Shown: positions 28,731-38,690, numbered from the stretch's first letter. The stretch is 64,000 bases of DNA from Candidatus Sulfomarinibacteraceae bacterium (GCA_963796455.1 CAWCLO010000004.1:992001-1056000); one strand, 5' to 3'. Numbers and translations: made by a program. The notes: generated by a model from the sequence alone, not told the origin.

Positions 28731-29749
28731 TCAGCCTCCCCGGTGGCGACCGCGAGCAGGCGCCCGATCAGTGCCGGGGGCAACGCGAATGACACCGCGC
28801 CACGTTGGATCGCGGCCCGAGGCATCCCGAATACGGCGCATGAACTCATGTCCTGCGCAATTGTCAGGACCTTGGCCCGGCGCAGATCGGACATGGCTTC
28901 GGCCCCGTCAATCCCCATTCCCGAAAGCAGGACCGCGGCCACCCGATCCGCGGAGTGCTCGAGCAGGCTGCGAAAAAGCACGTCCACAGCTGGCCGGTGA
29001 CCTCCCGACGCGCTGCTCTCGGTGTCCAGCCGGACGACACCCCCGGGCGCGAGCATGGTGTGGCTACCGGGTGGCGCGACAAGGACCTGACCTCTCTGCA
29101 GCACGTCGCCGTCGGTTGCGACCCGGACATCCATTTTGAGATCCGAGGCCAACCACTCGGCAAAGATCGATTCGAAGCCACCGGTGATGTGCTGCACGAT
29201 CATGATCCCGAGGGAGGGTCGTGGACCGAGAGACTGCAGCAATTCGTGAACGGCCCCTGGACCGCCGGTGGAGGCGCCGACACAGAGGAACTCGAGCTGG
29301 CGACTTACCACCGGGGTTTCGTCAGGCTCATCCATACCGGTGACGCCATCGGTGGCAACGCAGCTCTCTGCCACTGATTTCCCGAGGCTCTGCCCCAGTT
29401 CCTCCCATTGCTTCGGCACCTCGGGTTTCGGGATGACCGCAACGACACCGTTTTCATGGGCCGCGAAGGCGATCTTTGTGAGCTCTCGATTCTGGTTTGG
29501 GGTGATCACAAAAATCGGAATTCTCCGGGTCGCCGTGATCGCATCCACCAGTGCCCTGCCTCCGAGCATCGGAAGATCGAGATCGAGTACCAGGGCATCC
29601 GGCAAATGTTTCGCCACCAATTCCACCGTCTCAGGGCCGTTGCCGGATTCGGCAACCACCGTGACACCTGGAGATTGATCGAGAAAGCGGCGGAGAACCG
29701 CCCGAACGGATGTGGAGCGATCGGCGATCAGGACTCGGACATCAGCCAT
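28727..29749 (-). CDS. cheB: Chemotaxis response regulator methylesterase
   Basis: REC domain (LDLDLP, IPKP) plus GASTGGP, VQHI, HRPAVDVLF, LSGMGIDG and VFGMP. Confidence 0.93.
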   Translation of the reverse strand: MADVRVLIADRSTSVRAVLRRFLDQSPGVTVVAESGNGPETVELVAKHLPDALVLDLDLPMLGGRALVDAITATRRIPIFVITPNQNRELTKIAFAAHENGVVAVIPKPEVPKQWEELGQSLGKSVAESCVATDGVTGMDEPDETPVVSRQLEFLCVGASTGGPGAVHELLQSLGPRPSLGIMIVQHITGGFESIFAEWLASDLKMDVRVATDGDVLQRGQVLVAPPGSHTMLAPGGVVRLDTESSASGGHRPAVDVLFRSLLEHSADRVAAVLLSGMGIDGAEAMSDLRRAKVLTIAQDMSSCAVFGMPRAAIQRGAVSFALPPALIGRLLAVATGEAE

Positions 29750-31760
29750 GGCCGCCACCCACACGGCGGATGAGCGCCACCAATTCGCGGGCATCGAGCC
29801 CCTGTTTGGTCAGATACCCATCGGCCCCCGACTCAAGCCCCGCCAAACGGTCGGCGGGTCGATCCAGGGTCGACACCACGACGATCGGAAGATCCGCCAA
29901 ACCCTCGGTCTGCCGGAGTTTTCTCGTCAGATCAAGACCATCGATACCGGGCATCTCGATATCCGTCACCAGACAATCGAACGGATCCCCGGCCAGTGCC
30001 TCGAGCGCATCCTCGGCGCCACCGACACTGGTGACGACAAAGCCCGCATCTTCGAGAAGGCGTCGGATCATCTCTCGCGTGACATCGGAATCGTCCACCA
30101 ACAGGACGCGAATCGGCCGGGCGCCCCGGCCCGCGAGCGGCGGCAGATCACGATCTGGAAACTGCAGCGGTCCGATCTGTTGCAGGGACAGAACCGCCAC
30201 CGGTCGACCGGATGACAGCAGCGTGATGCCATCGATGCCGGCCGGTGCGCCGGCGGCCGCGGGAAGAGGATGGACGATCACCTCCTCCTCGGTGAGCACC
30301 GCGTCGGCCACGATGCCGATCACTCCGCCCCCGACAACCATCTCCACCAGGACTCCATTGATCGGAGGCGGTTCTCCCAACACATCGGCGAGGAAACGAG
30401 CGGTAATCGTTCGTCCCCCGATCACCGCCCGTCGACGGCCGTCAACCTCGGAGACGTTTTCTCTCGACACCCGCCGGTAGGCTCGTACCGGTGCCGCCGG
30501 GAGGGCGATTTGATGTCTGCCCACCTTGAGGACGAGGACCCTTTCGCCGCGCCGCGCCACCGGAACCTCCACTGTGAGCGATGTGCCCTTCCCGAATTCG
30601 GACTCCAACCATAGATCCCCGCCGACCGATCGGACCCTTGCCGCCACGGCGTCGAGACCGATTCCGCGTCCCGAAATCTCCGTCGTCTCTTCGATGGTTG
30701 AAAAGCCGGGCTCGAAAAGCAGGTGAAAGACCTCCGTCTGATCGAGGCCAGCGGCGGTATCAGGATCGACGATTTTGTGGCGGACGGCCTTTCGAACAAC
30801 CTCGTCGCGGTCGATGCCCCGGCCGTCATCGACGATTCGCATTCGCACTCGATCGCTTTCGCTGATGGCCTCGATCCGGATTCTGCCTGCCCTGTTTTTA
30901 CCGGCCAGTAGTCGCTCTTCGGGCCTTTCGATTCCATGATCGACTGCGTTGCGCACCAGATGGAGGAATGCTTCTCGGAGTGAATTGACGATCCGCCGGT
31001 CGAGATGTGCTTCACCGGCCTCAACCTCGATCTCGATCTCTTTGCCGATGGTGGTGCCGAGTTCACGGGCATGATCGGCGAGCCCGTGCAGAAAGGGTGT
31101 CAAGGGCTGTATCTGGAGGCGGAGGAGAGCGTCGAGTTGGCGGTCGCTGAGGCGACGAAAAATTCGTTGGCCGGTTTCGAACTCGATTCCGATCTGGCGA
31201 AGGGAGGTCGCGAGGGTTGCCAGGACCTGGATCGGCTCCGGTTCTGCCGTGCCCTGTTCGGCAAGGGTTGCAAGTCGAAAGATCCTCGATGCGAGTCCCT
31301 CCGCGGCCACAGCAACCACCCGTAAACGAGCTCCGCGATCGGCAAGATCATCGACAGTTTTCGAGGCGACCCGAAGCTCGTCGCGACCCATCGAACGGGC
31401 GCTGCTTTGCGGTTCCGGAGCTTGCGCCGAATGGGGCGATGAATCTTGTTGCTCACCGGGGACCGACAATTGATCCAGAGCTCGCCGAATTTCGAACACC
31501 CCTCGCTCGACCTCGGATATGGCGAGCCCGTCCATGTCCTCGAGAAGATCTTCCACCCGGTGGCACAAACCGGCGATCTCAACCAGACCCATCATCCGGC
31601 TCGCCCCTTTGAGGGCGTGCAGCTGGCGACTCACTTCGATCCGGGCCTGGCCGTCTCCCGCGAGGTCACCGATGAGCTCGGCGAGGCGTTCGAACCGTTC
31701 TCCCGACTCCTCGAGAAAGAGAGCCATGAGTTCGTCGTCGTCGCGTGGATTAGTGGGCAC
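29742..31760 (-). CDS. cheA: Hybrid CheA histidine kinase with C-terminal receiver (WspE-like)
   Basis: Hpt motif LHALKGASRMMG, HLVRNAVDHGIE, DDGRGID, SGRGIGLD, a CheW domain and REC (LVDDS...TDIEMP). Start lies between 31760 and 31796. Confidence 0.92.
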   Translation of the reverse strand: MPTNPRDDDELMALFLEESGERFERLAELIGDLAGDGQARIEVSRQLHALKGASRMMGLVEIAGLCHRVEDLLEDMDGLAISEVERGVFEIRRALDQLSVPGEQQDSSPHSAQAPEPQSSARSMGRDELRVASKTVDDLADRGARLRVVAVAAEGLASRIFRLATLAEQGTAEPEPIQVLATLATSLRQIGIEFETGQRIFRRLSDRQLDALLRLQIQPLTPFLHGLADHARELGTTIGKEIEIEVEAGEAHLDRRIVNSLREAFLHLVRNAVDHGIERPEERLLAGKNRAGRIRIEAISESDRVRMRIVDDGRGIDRDEVVRKAVRHKIVDPDTAAGLDQTEVFHLLFEPGFSTIEETTEISGRGIGLDAVAARVRSVGGDLWLESEFGKGTSLTVEVPVARRGERVLVLKVGRHQIALPAAPVRAYRRVSRENVSEVDGRRRAVIGGRTITARFLADVLGEPPPINGVLVEMVVGGGVIGIVADAVLTEEEVIVHPLPAAAGAPAGIDGITLLSSGRPVAVLSLQQIGPLQFPDRDLPPLAGRGARPIRVLLVDDSDVTREMIRRLLEDAGFVVTSVGGAEDALEALAGDPFDCLVTDIEMPGIDGLDLTRKLRQTEGLADLPIVVVSTLDRPADRLAGLESGADGYLTKQGLDARELVALIRRVGGGHG

Positions 31761-31841
31761 CGATCGCCAACCTCCATCGTGAGTGCGGCGCGCCACGCCT
31801 TCCGCAGTAATTGACGAGCGAGAAATAAAGTCTACGCAACC

Positions 31842-33473
31842 TCAGATTCTCGTCCAATTGGCCAGATTGACATCGACGCCGAGGGTGCCGGCAAGCTCCC
31901 CGTTTTGATCGTGAACTGCCATCGCTATGGTGAAGCATTGATTGCCTGTCAGCAGAGAGTCGTAGATCGGCGTGACCACCGAGCGCTCCTTCCGCGCCAC
32001 CGCCTGGAACCACGGCCGATCGGCATAAGAATGACCGATTCCCGATCCACCTGGAAGCTCACGATCTCCGACCAATTCACGATTGATCACGAACGCGATC
32101 ATTGTCCCGGAGATATCGACCATGTAGATCAATTCCAGATATGGGCACTCCTCCGCCAACTCCTCGAGAAGTCCTTCTACCGCCTCGAGATTGCCGGTGT
32201 AGTCCTGAAGCTTGTCCGTCCATTTGAAGAGTTGATGTTTGAGTGAATGCTGCGAGTCGATTCGGAAACTCTGGGTCAGGAGTTGGATGGAAAGCGCGAG
32301 TTGATTGAGTTTGTCTGCGGCGCCCGTATAGCTCGAAAGGCCCTCGGCAATCCTCTGAACAACCTCACTCACCTCACGAAGGGTCTCGACGACCTGGTCC
32401 GAGGCGTTTCGTTGCTCCCGGGTGGCCAGGGAAATCTCACGCGCCGCCTGCGCAGTTGCACCGAGGGCGCCGCGGAGCTGGCCGATGGATTGTTCGGCCG
32501 AGTGGCTCTGTTCGAGGACCTGCTGGGCCGCCTTGGTGCCTCCTTCAGTTGCCACCACGACCCCACGAATGGAGCCGGAGAATTCATCGAGGTGCGACCG
32601 CACCGAATCGACGGATTCCCGCGAACGTTCCGCGAGCCTTCTTACCTCCTCGGCGACGACCGAGAATCTTTCGCCGTATTCACCCGCCGCAGAGGCTTCG
32701 ATAGCGGCGTTGAGGGCGAGAATGTGGGTCTCCTGGGCAATTTCGGTGATCAGATCGAGAATGCGGTAGATCTCGCGAGACCGACTGCCGAGGGCATCAG
32801 CGCGACCAGAAATCGCTTCCACGTGCTGGCGAACGGCCTCAACCCCGGAAACTGCCGCTTCGACCGAAGCAACGCCCGCATCCACCGCATCCTGGGCCTC
32901 GGTGGCGAGCTCGGCCTGGCTGGCGGCACTGGTGGCGATTTGTCTGGCTGTCCGTGCGAGTTCTTCGGTCGTTGCCGTGATTTGTACCACCGCGGCGGCC
33001 TGTTGGCTCGACGCCGACGCGAGTTCGGATGAGGTCCGCTGGACGGTGCCGGCTGCGGTGGCGACATCAACCGAAGAACTCTGGATCTGTTGGATGAGGG
33101 CGGCCAGTGTGCGGCTCGCCGCGGTGATCTTGTCATGAAGACCCTTCGCAAGGGGGCTGTCCGGGTCGGCCACGGCAACCATGTCGCCGTATCTGAGCTG
33201 GGTCAGCATTTCTTCCAGGGCAACCCTCTGCTTCGCGCAGCTTTTCCGCAGTCGGCGCAGCTCTCGAGCCCGGCGTGTCGCCGGAATGTGAACAAGCATG
33301 ACGTATCCGACCGTGGCCAACAATCCGATAACCATGAAGGCCCTGACGTACCATTCCTTTCCCGATTCGTCGGCGGCTGCTTCCAGAAACGCCCCGGCCG
33401 TGAGAACGACCAACACCACGATCACCGGACCCAACCAGCGTTGGATTCCGGGTTCTGCTCTTCCTTCAGACAT
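31842..33473 (-). CDS. Methyl-accepting chemotaxis protein with C-terminal Cache/PDC-like domain
   Basis: Two TM helices, MA core IAQETHILALNAAIEA...FSVVAEEVRRLAERS, and tail YADRPWFQAV...TPIYDS...GTLGVDV. Confidence 0.9.
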   Translation of the reverse strand: MSEGRAEPGIQRWLGPVIVVLVVLTAGAFLEAAADESGKEWYVRAFMVIGLLATVGYVMLVHIPATRRARELRRLRKSCAKQRVALEEMLTQLRYGDMVAVADPDSPLAKGLHDKITAASRTLAALIQQIQSSSVDVATAAGTVQRTSSELASASSQQAAAVVQITATTEELARTARQIATSAASQAELATEAQDAVDAGVASVEAAVSGVEAVRQHVEAISGRADALGSRSREIYRILDLITEIAQETHILALNAAIEASAAGEYGERFSVVAEEVRRLAERSRESVDSVRSHLDEFSGSIRGVVVATEGGTKAAQQVLEQSHSAEQSIGQLRGALGATAQAAREISLATREQRNASDQVVETLREVSEVVQRIAEGLSSYTGAADKLNQLALSIQLLTQSFRIDSQHSLKHQLFKWTDKLQDYTGNLEAVEGLLEELAEECPYLELIYMVDISGTMIAFVINRELVGDRELPGGSGIGHSYADRPWFQAVARKERSVVTPIYDSLLTGNQCFTIAMAVHDQNGELAGTLGVDVNLANWTRI

Positions 33474-33933
33474 CGGTTGATTCCTCCGCTCGACCCCAGT
33501 CTTCCGCAAAAAGCACGTCAGGATTCAAGAGCTTGACATCGATTCCATCGGCGTGCACGGATCCCTGCACCAGGGTGCCCGTTTTGCGGGTCGCATCACT
33601 TGCCGGGATCGCCGTCACCCGGATCGCCTCGTCGACGCCGATTCCCAGAATCGATCGAAGGTTCGGGCGCTTTCCATCCACAATGACCGTGGCCCGGTGG
33701 TTGCCCCTGGGGGCCTCTCCGGTCACCAACGCAAAAAGATCGACCACCGCCAGCGGCTCGCCGCCGAATTGCGCCAACCCGAGAAGATGTGGTTGGCATC
33801 CTGGCAGCGGATGGCAGGTAAGATCTCGAGCCACCCGGCGAACCCGATCAGCTGGAAATGCGCAGTGCAACCCACCGGATCGCATCAGCAAATATCGCCG
33901 ATGTCCCGTGACGTGAGGTGTTTTCCGATCCAT
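33466..33933 (-). CDS. cheW: CheW-like adaptor
   Basis: PLPGCQPHLLGLAQFGGEPLAVVDL and LGIGVD. First gene of the che cluster. Confidence 0.82.
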   Translation of the reverse strand: MDRKTPHVTGHRRYLLMRSGGLHCAFPADRVRRVARDLTCHPLPGCQPHLLGLAQFGGEPLAVVDLFALVTGEAPRGNHRATVIVDGKRPNLRSILGIGVDEAIRVTAIPASDATRKTGTLVQGSVHADGIDVKLLNPDVLFAEDWGRAEESTDV

Positions 33934-33946
33934 TCCGATCAGGATA

Positions 33947-34807
33947 TCACCGTACTTCAGACTGCGTGGTTGCGGGCTCGACGGAAGACCAATCCAGCTC
34001 GGATCCCCGCATGCTGTGGGGAACCAGAAAGACGCCCATCATCACGATCCAGCCGATGACGACAACGGCACGGGTCTTCATCCCCCGGGCTGCCGCCACG
34101 GCCGCAGGCAACCAGGCGATAAAGGCGATGAGGGTCTTGTTGTCGGTCAGGTCATGCCCCATCGGCCAACCCGTCCAATAGGCCCCGAAAGCGAATTTTT
34201 GCACGATAGGGCCGAGGATCAGGCCACCAACAATCAAAAAACCCATTGCAACAAGCACCAATCCGCGACCGCGCGGTTGATCGGGGCGAAGCACCTCGAA
34301 AAGGGCCCGGGTCGAGACCAACATGCTTGAAAACATCGCCAGAATGTGAGGGATCAGGATTCCCGCCGGCACGCTCCCGCGGTATCGCGCCACCACCGTT
34401 TCGGTGGCCGGAATGAGAGATGGTGTCCCCTCCGAATTCTCGCGAATGCGGTACTCGACCTTGCCCGCTGCGGGTTGTTGCGGTATCGAGGCTTCCAGCA
34501 GATCGTCCCCAGAGTCGGTCATTGGAATGATCGAGAATTCTTCGTCGGTCGGCCAGCGCCTCCATTCGAGACTCAATGACTGATCGGCGGCCGGCTTGGG
34601 CAGGGTTACCCGAAGGGTGCCTCGACCCTCATCGGATCGCGGCAAGCGGAAGGTGATGACCTCCCCTGTCGACAAACTGGCCTCCCCCCGCAAGGGATAG
34701 CTCGGCCCGGTCATTCGTTGAAATAGCGCCAACAGGACCGTGACGACAAAGGCGGCAGCCCACAACGCGGCGGATATTTTTCTGCTTCCCATGATGAGCG
34801 GGCTCAA
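33947..34807 (-). CDS. Conserved hypothetical membrane protein
   Basis: QRMTGPSYP, PQQPAAGKVEY, GLILGPIVQKFAFG..WTGWP.G.DLTDNKTL and multiple TM segments. Confidence 0.75.
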   Translation of the reverse strand: MSPLIMGSRKISAALWAAAFVVTVLLALFQRMTGPSYPLRGEASLSTGEVITFRLPRSDEGRGTLRVTLPKPAADQSLSLEWRRWPTDEEFSIIPMTDSGDDLLEASIPQQPAAGKVEYRIRENSEGTPSLIPATETVVARYRGSVPAGILIPHILAMFSSMLVSTRALFEVLRPDQPRGRGLVLVAMGFLIVGGLILGPIVQKFAFGAYWTGWPMGHDLTDNKTLIAFIAWLPAAVAAARGMKTRAVVVIGWIVMMGVFLVPHSMRGSELDWSSVEPATTQSEVR

Positions 34808-36126
34808 TCCTTTCCGACCACGCCGGCTACCATCTCCTCGATCACACCTGGATCGACTTCTTCGAGTTCGTAGCTGACGTTTGCGATCGGCTTGTTCACA
34901 GTGATGATTCTCTTCAGATCAATGGGAGTTCCTTCGACGACCACATCCGCATCAACTGCGTTGATCGTTTCCTGGAGATCGGCGACCTGCTGGTCGCCAT
35001 ATCCCATCGCCGGCAGAATTCGGGCTGCATTCGGAAATTTCTCATAGGTCGCCAGGATCGACCCGACAGCGTGGGGACGGGCGTCGATGATCTCCGCGGC
35101 GCCGGCCTGTTTGGCGGCAAACCAACCGGCTCCGTACTCCATGCCGCCGTGGGTCAGGGTCGGACCGTCTTCCACCACCAGCGCCCGCTTTCCTTTGATG
35201 AGTTCCGGCTCGTCCACCGTGATCACCGATCGGCATTTGATCACTCGCGCGTCAGGGTTCGTCTCACGGCAGGTATCAAATACCTGCTCGACCTTGACCG
35301 GATCGGCGGTGTCGACCTTGTTGACGATCAACAGATGAGAAATCCGCAAATTGGTCTCGCCGGGATAATAGCTGAGCTCATGGCCGGCGCGGTGGGGGTC
35401 CACCAGCGTGATATGGAGATCGGGCCGGTAGAAGGGCGTATCGTTGTTGCCGCCATCCCACAAAATGACGTCGGCCTCTTTTTCGGCCTCTCGGACGATT
35501 TTTTCGTAGTCGACGCCTGCGTACACCACAAAACCATTGTCGATGTGCGGTTCGTACTCTTCTCGTTCTTCAATGGTGCACTGGTGGCGATCGAGGTCTT
35601 CATAGTTCTCGAATCGTTGACAGGCCTGTTTGGCAAGATCGCCGTAAGGCATGGGATGGCGGATCGCGACAACCTTCTGACCCATCGCCTTGAGGAGGCG
35701 TGACACATAACGTGTGGTTTGAGATTTCCCGACACCGGTTCGAACTGCAGTGATCGCGATGACCGGCTTGGTCGACTCGATCATGGTTTTGGTAGCCGAA
35801 CAGATACCGAAGTGGGGGCCCCAACCGATGACTTCACTGCCCTTGTTCATCACATAGGTGTGGGGAACGTCGGAGTATGAAAACCACACCTCATCCACAT
35901 TGTTTTCTTTGATCACTTTCTCGAGATCACTTTCCGGGAGGATCGGAATGCCGGTGGGATAGAGCGATCCTGCCAGCACCGTCGGATAGACACGATCCTC
36001 GATATCGGGGATCTGGGTGGCAGTGAAGGCCACCACATCGTAGTCCTCGTTGTCGCGGAAGAGACAGTTGAAATTGTGAAAATCGCGGCCGGCCGCACCC
36101 ATGATCACGACCTTGGTTCGAGCCAT
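34804..36126 (-). CDS. COG2403-type P-loop protein (annotated cyclic 2,3-DPG synthetase-like/GTPase; candidate arginine synthetase)
   Basis: Motifs GAAGRDFHNFN, AVRTGVGKSQT, RHPMPYG, TIEEREEYE, WDGGNND, EDGPTLTHG and LPAMGY. Confidence 0.85.
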   Translation of the reverse strand: MARTKVVIMGAAGRDFHNFNCLFRDNEDYDVVAFTATQIPDIEDRVYPTVLAGSLYPTGIPILPESDLEKVIKENNVDEVWFSYSDVPHTYVMNKGSEVIGWGPHFGICSATKTMIESTKPVIAITAVRTGVGKSQTTRYVSRLLKAMGQKVVAIRHPMPYGDLAKQACQRFENYEDLDRHQCTIEEREEYEPHIDNGFVVYAGVDYEKIVREAEKEADVILWDGGNNDTPFYRPDLHITLVDPHRAGHELSYYPGETNLRISHLLIVNKVDTADPVKVEQVFDTCRETNPDARVIKCRSVITVDEPELIKGKRALVVEDGPTLTHGGMEYGAGWFAAKQAGAAEIIDARPHAVGSILATYEKFPNAARILPAMGYGDQQVADLQETINAVDADVVVEGTPIDLKRIITVNKPIANVSYELEEVDPGVIEEMVAGVVGKD

Positions 36127-36235
36127 GCTGAATTCTCCTGAATGGCTCATCTGGGATTGATTCATCCCGAGAGCCGAACCGCCGGGTAAAGCTGAACCGG
36201 TGGCGGCGAAAATTCTACCACCACAAGTCGCAGCA

Positions 36236-36365
36236 ATCCGGAATTCGGAGTTCGGAATTCGGAGTTCCGGCATCGGATCCGAGTAGATCAGCCGATATGG
36301 AACAGCCGGGACGGAATTCACGTGGGGACTCCGAACCCAGAAATCCGAATTCAGAACTCGAAAAT
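36236..36365. repeat. Inverted heptamer-repeat arms (GGARTTC)n / (GAAYTCN)n
   Basis: Left arm GGAATTCGGAGTTCGGAATTCGGAGTTCC, right arm ACTCCGAACCCAGAAATCCGAATTCAGAACTCGAAAAT. Confidence 0.7.
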
Positions 36366-37897
36366 CACTCCCATTCGATGGTGCCCGGCGGCTTCGATGT
36401 GACGTCGTAAACAACGCGATTGATTCCCGCGACTTCGTTGACGACCCTCCGGGCGATCCGATCGAGAACCTCAGGCGGAAAACGGTACCAATCGGCGGTC
36501 ATGAAATCAGTCGTGGTAACCGCACGCACTGCGACCACGTTTTCGTAGGTTCGGGAGTCCCCCATCACGCCGACGCTTTTGATCGGAAGAAGGACGGACA
36601 GGGCCTGCGAGATCTCGTCGTAAAGCCCGGCGGCTCTGATCTCCTCGATGACGATGGCGTCCGCTTCCTGGAGAATGGCAACCCGAACCGGATCAACCGC
36701 GCCGAGGATCCTGACCGCCAGACCGGGGCCTGGAAAAGGGTGACGCCAGACAAAGTCGTGCGGCAGACCGAGTTCCTCCCCAACTCTTCGAACCTCATCT
36801 TTGAAGAGATCCCGCAGCGGCTCCACGAGATCCAGACCCAGCCGTTCCGGCAGACCGCCGACGTTGTGGTGTGTCTTGATGACCGCAGCCGTTCCGAGAA
36901 CCCCGGAGGATTCGATCACATCCGGGTACAGGGTTCCCTGAGCCAGGTAGCGGGCGTCGCTGAAACGTGCGGCCTCGAATTGGAAGACCTCGACGAACTC
37001 CCGCCCGATGATTTTGCGTTTTTGCTCCGGGTCGCCGACGCCGTCGAGGGCGGAAAAAAACCTTTCCGCGGCATCGATTCGATCGAGTTCGAATCCAAAG
37101 TCCCGAAATCGCTCGGAAACCGTATCCCCTTCGTTCTTTCGCAGCAGACCGGTATCGACAAAAATCGGAATCACCCGATCACCGATCGCCTCTCGCAACA
37201 ACATGGCCGTCACCGAAGAGTCAACGCCACCGGAAACGCCGCAGATCACCCTTCCTTCAGGAATATTTGCCTTCAGATCCGCGACCAATTCGTGCCGGAT
37301 CGCTTCCGGGTTCCAGTCACGCCGGGCTCCCGCCAGGGTGATGAAATGTTCGAGCATGGTCGTTCCGTGCGGGGTGTGACGAACCTCAGGGTGGAATTGC
37401 AGCCCGATAAACCGACGCTTCGGATCATGGGTCGCCGCGATCTCGGTGGTTGATGTCCTGGCAAGGACCTCAAAACCGTCCGGGAGTCGCTTGACGAGAT
37501 CGCCGTGACTCATCCAAACGGGTTGCCTCGCAGGCGTGGCGTCGAATACGGCGCTCGGGTCCACAACCTCGAGGTCGGCCAACCCGTACTCCCGGTGATC
37601 CGACGAACGGACCTCTCCACCGAGGTCTCTCGCCATCAGGTGGAGCCCGTAACAGATTCCCAGGACCGGCACACCCATTTTGAATACGGTCGGGTCCACC
37701 TGAAGTGCGCCACTTTCAAAAACACTGGCTGGCCCACCGGAAAGTACGATGGCGATCGGGTTCTCCTGCAAGATCTCTGATGCACCGAGATCTCCACGAG
37801 CGACGACGGTCTTGACACCGAGTTCGCGGAGCCGACGCGCGATCAGCTGCGTGTACTGAGAACCGAAATCGAGGATGAGAATGATTTCGTGCTGCAT
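36365..37897 (-). CDS. guaA: GMP synthase (glutamine-hydrolysing)
   Basis: Motifs LDFGSQYTQLIARR, GICYG, QFHPEV, SGGVDS, QGTLYPDVIES, HPFPGPGL and KPPGTIEWE. Start placed at ATG 37897. Confidence 0.97.
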   Translation of the reverse strand: MQHEIILILDFGSQYTQLIARRLRELGVKTVVARGDLGASEILQENPIAIVLSGGPASVFESGALQVDPTVFKMGVPVLGICYGLHLMARDLGGEVRSSDHREYGLADLEVVDPSAVFDATPARQPVWMSHGDLVKRLPDGFEVLARTSTTEIAATHDPKRRFIGLQFHPEVRHTPHGTTMLEHFITLAGARRDWNPEAIRHELVADLKANIPEGRVICGVSGGVDSSVTAMLLREAIGDRVIPIFVDTGLLRKNEGDTVSERFRDFGFELDRIDAAERFFSALDGVGDPEQKRKIIGREFVEVFQFEAARFSDARYLAQGTLYPDVIESSGVLGTAAVIKTHHNVGGLPERLGLDLVEPLRDLFKDEVRRVGEELGLPHDFVWRHPFPGPGLAVRILGAVDPVRVAILQEADAIVIEEIRAAGLYDEISQALSVLLPIKSVGVMGDSRTYENVVAVRAVTTTDFMTADWYRFPPEVLDRIARRVVNEVAGINRVVYDVTSKPPGTIEWE

Positions 37898-37960
37898 GAA
37901 TGCTCCAGGTAGAGGCTCGAACCGCCAGACTGATGAAGCGGAGAATAACAGAAGAACGGT

Positions 37961-38059
37961 ATTTGGGATTTCGAAATTCGGATTTCGGAATTTCCTGGTT
38001 CGGCCCATCTTATCTGCCGCGGCTCATCAATTCGAAATCCGAAATCCCAATTCCGAAAT
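37961..38059. repeat. Inverted heptamer-repeat arms (ATTTCGG)n / (CCGAAAT)n upstream of guaA
   Basis: 37961-37993 ATTTGGGATTTCGAAATTCGGATTTCGGAATTT is complementary to 38029-38059 AATTCGAAATCCGAAATCCCAATTCCGAAAT. Confidence 0.75.
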
Positions 38060-38191
38060 CGGCCGCGTCCTTGCGGCCCGACGGTAACCGGATGGCTCCC
38101 GTATGTATAAAAGCTGTCAAGCTGCAGGTGCGGGCGACCCGGTCCGTGTGATGATGGTTCGAGGGCGGCGTTCGAGAGAGGAACAAACTGT

Positions 38192-38647
38192 ATGTACGGT
38201 TGGATACGCTCCGTCACCCCCGATCTTTTCCTCGCCGCCCTGGTTGCCCTGCTGATCACCCTGGCTCTGCACAAGATGGAGGGCTACGAAAAAAAACGCA
38301 TTGCGGCCGAAACCTACGAGGCATCGGAGGGCGGTTTGACCTTCGACGAAGCCATTCAAGTTGTCGGTGACTCGATCCGGCGGTCCACCCGTTTTTATAT
38401 ACCGTTGTTGATCGTTCTCGGTGGCGCTGGAGTCGGGCTGGCCTGCCGGCACCGCCGATGGGCTTGGTTGACCACCGGGCTCGCCATCATTCCGGCGATC
38501 CTGACCGGGGTCAGCTTTTACCTCGACACACCTGCCTCAGGTGGCGCTCTGACACTGACATATCTCCTGCTGGCGGCATTTGTCGCCACCTCGATGGTGG
38601 CCGCCCGCAGCCGATTCGAACCTGTGAAGATTTCACTCGAAGACTGA
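38192..38647 (+). CDS. Hypothetical membrane protein (about 4 TM)
   Basis: Hydrophobic segments and an upstream GAGAGG SD. Confidence 0.65.
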   Translation: MYGWIRSVTPDLFLAALVALLITLALHKMEGYEKKRIAAETYEASEGGLTFDEAIQVVGDSIRRSTRFYIPLLIVLGGAGVGLACRHRRWAWLTTGLAIIPAILTGVSFYLDTPASGGALTLTYLLLAAFVATSMVAARSRFEPVKISLED

Positions 38648-38690
38648 GATTTCGCCCCTTCACCGGGTCGATCCTGCGCCCCCTTTCGAT

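Noticed and set aside
38060..38190. Possible 6S RNA or purine/ZTP riboswitch upstream of guaA
   Set aside because: Isolated words (GGGAGCC, CACCTG) are in the wrong order and no convincing fold is visible. It is more likely divergent promoters.
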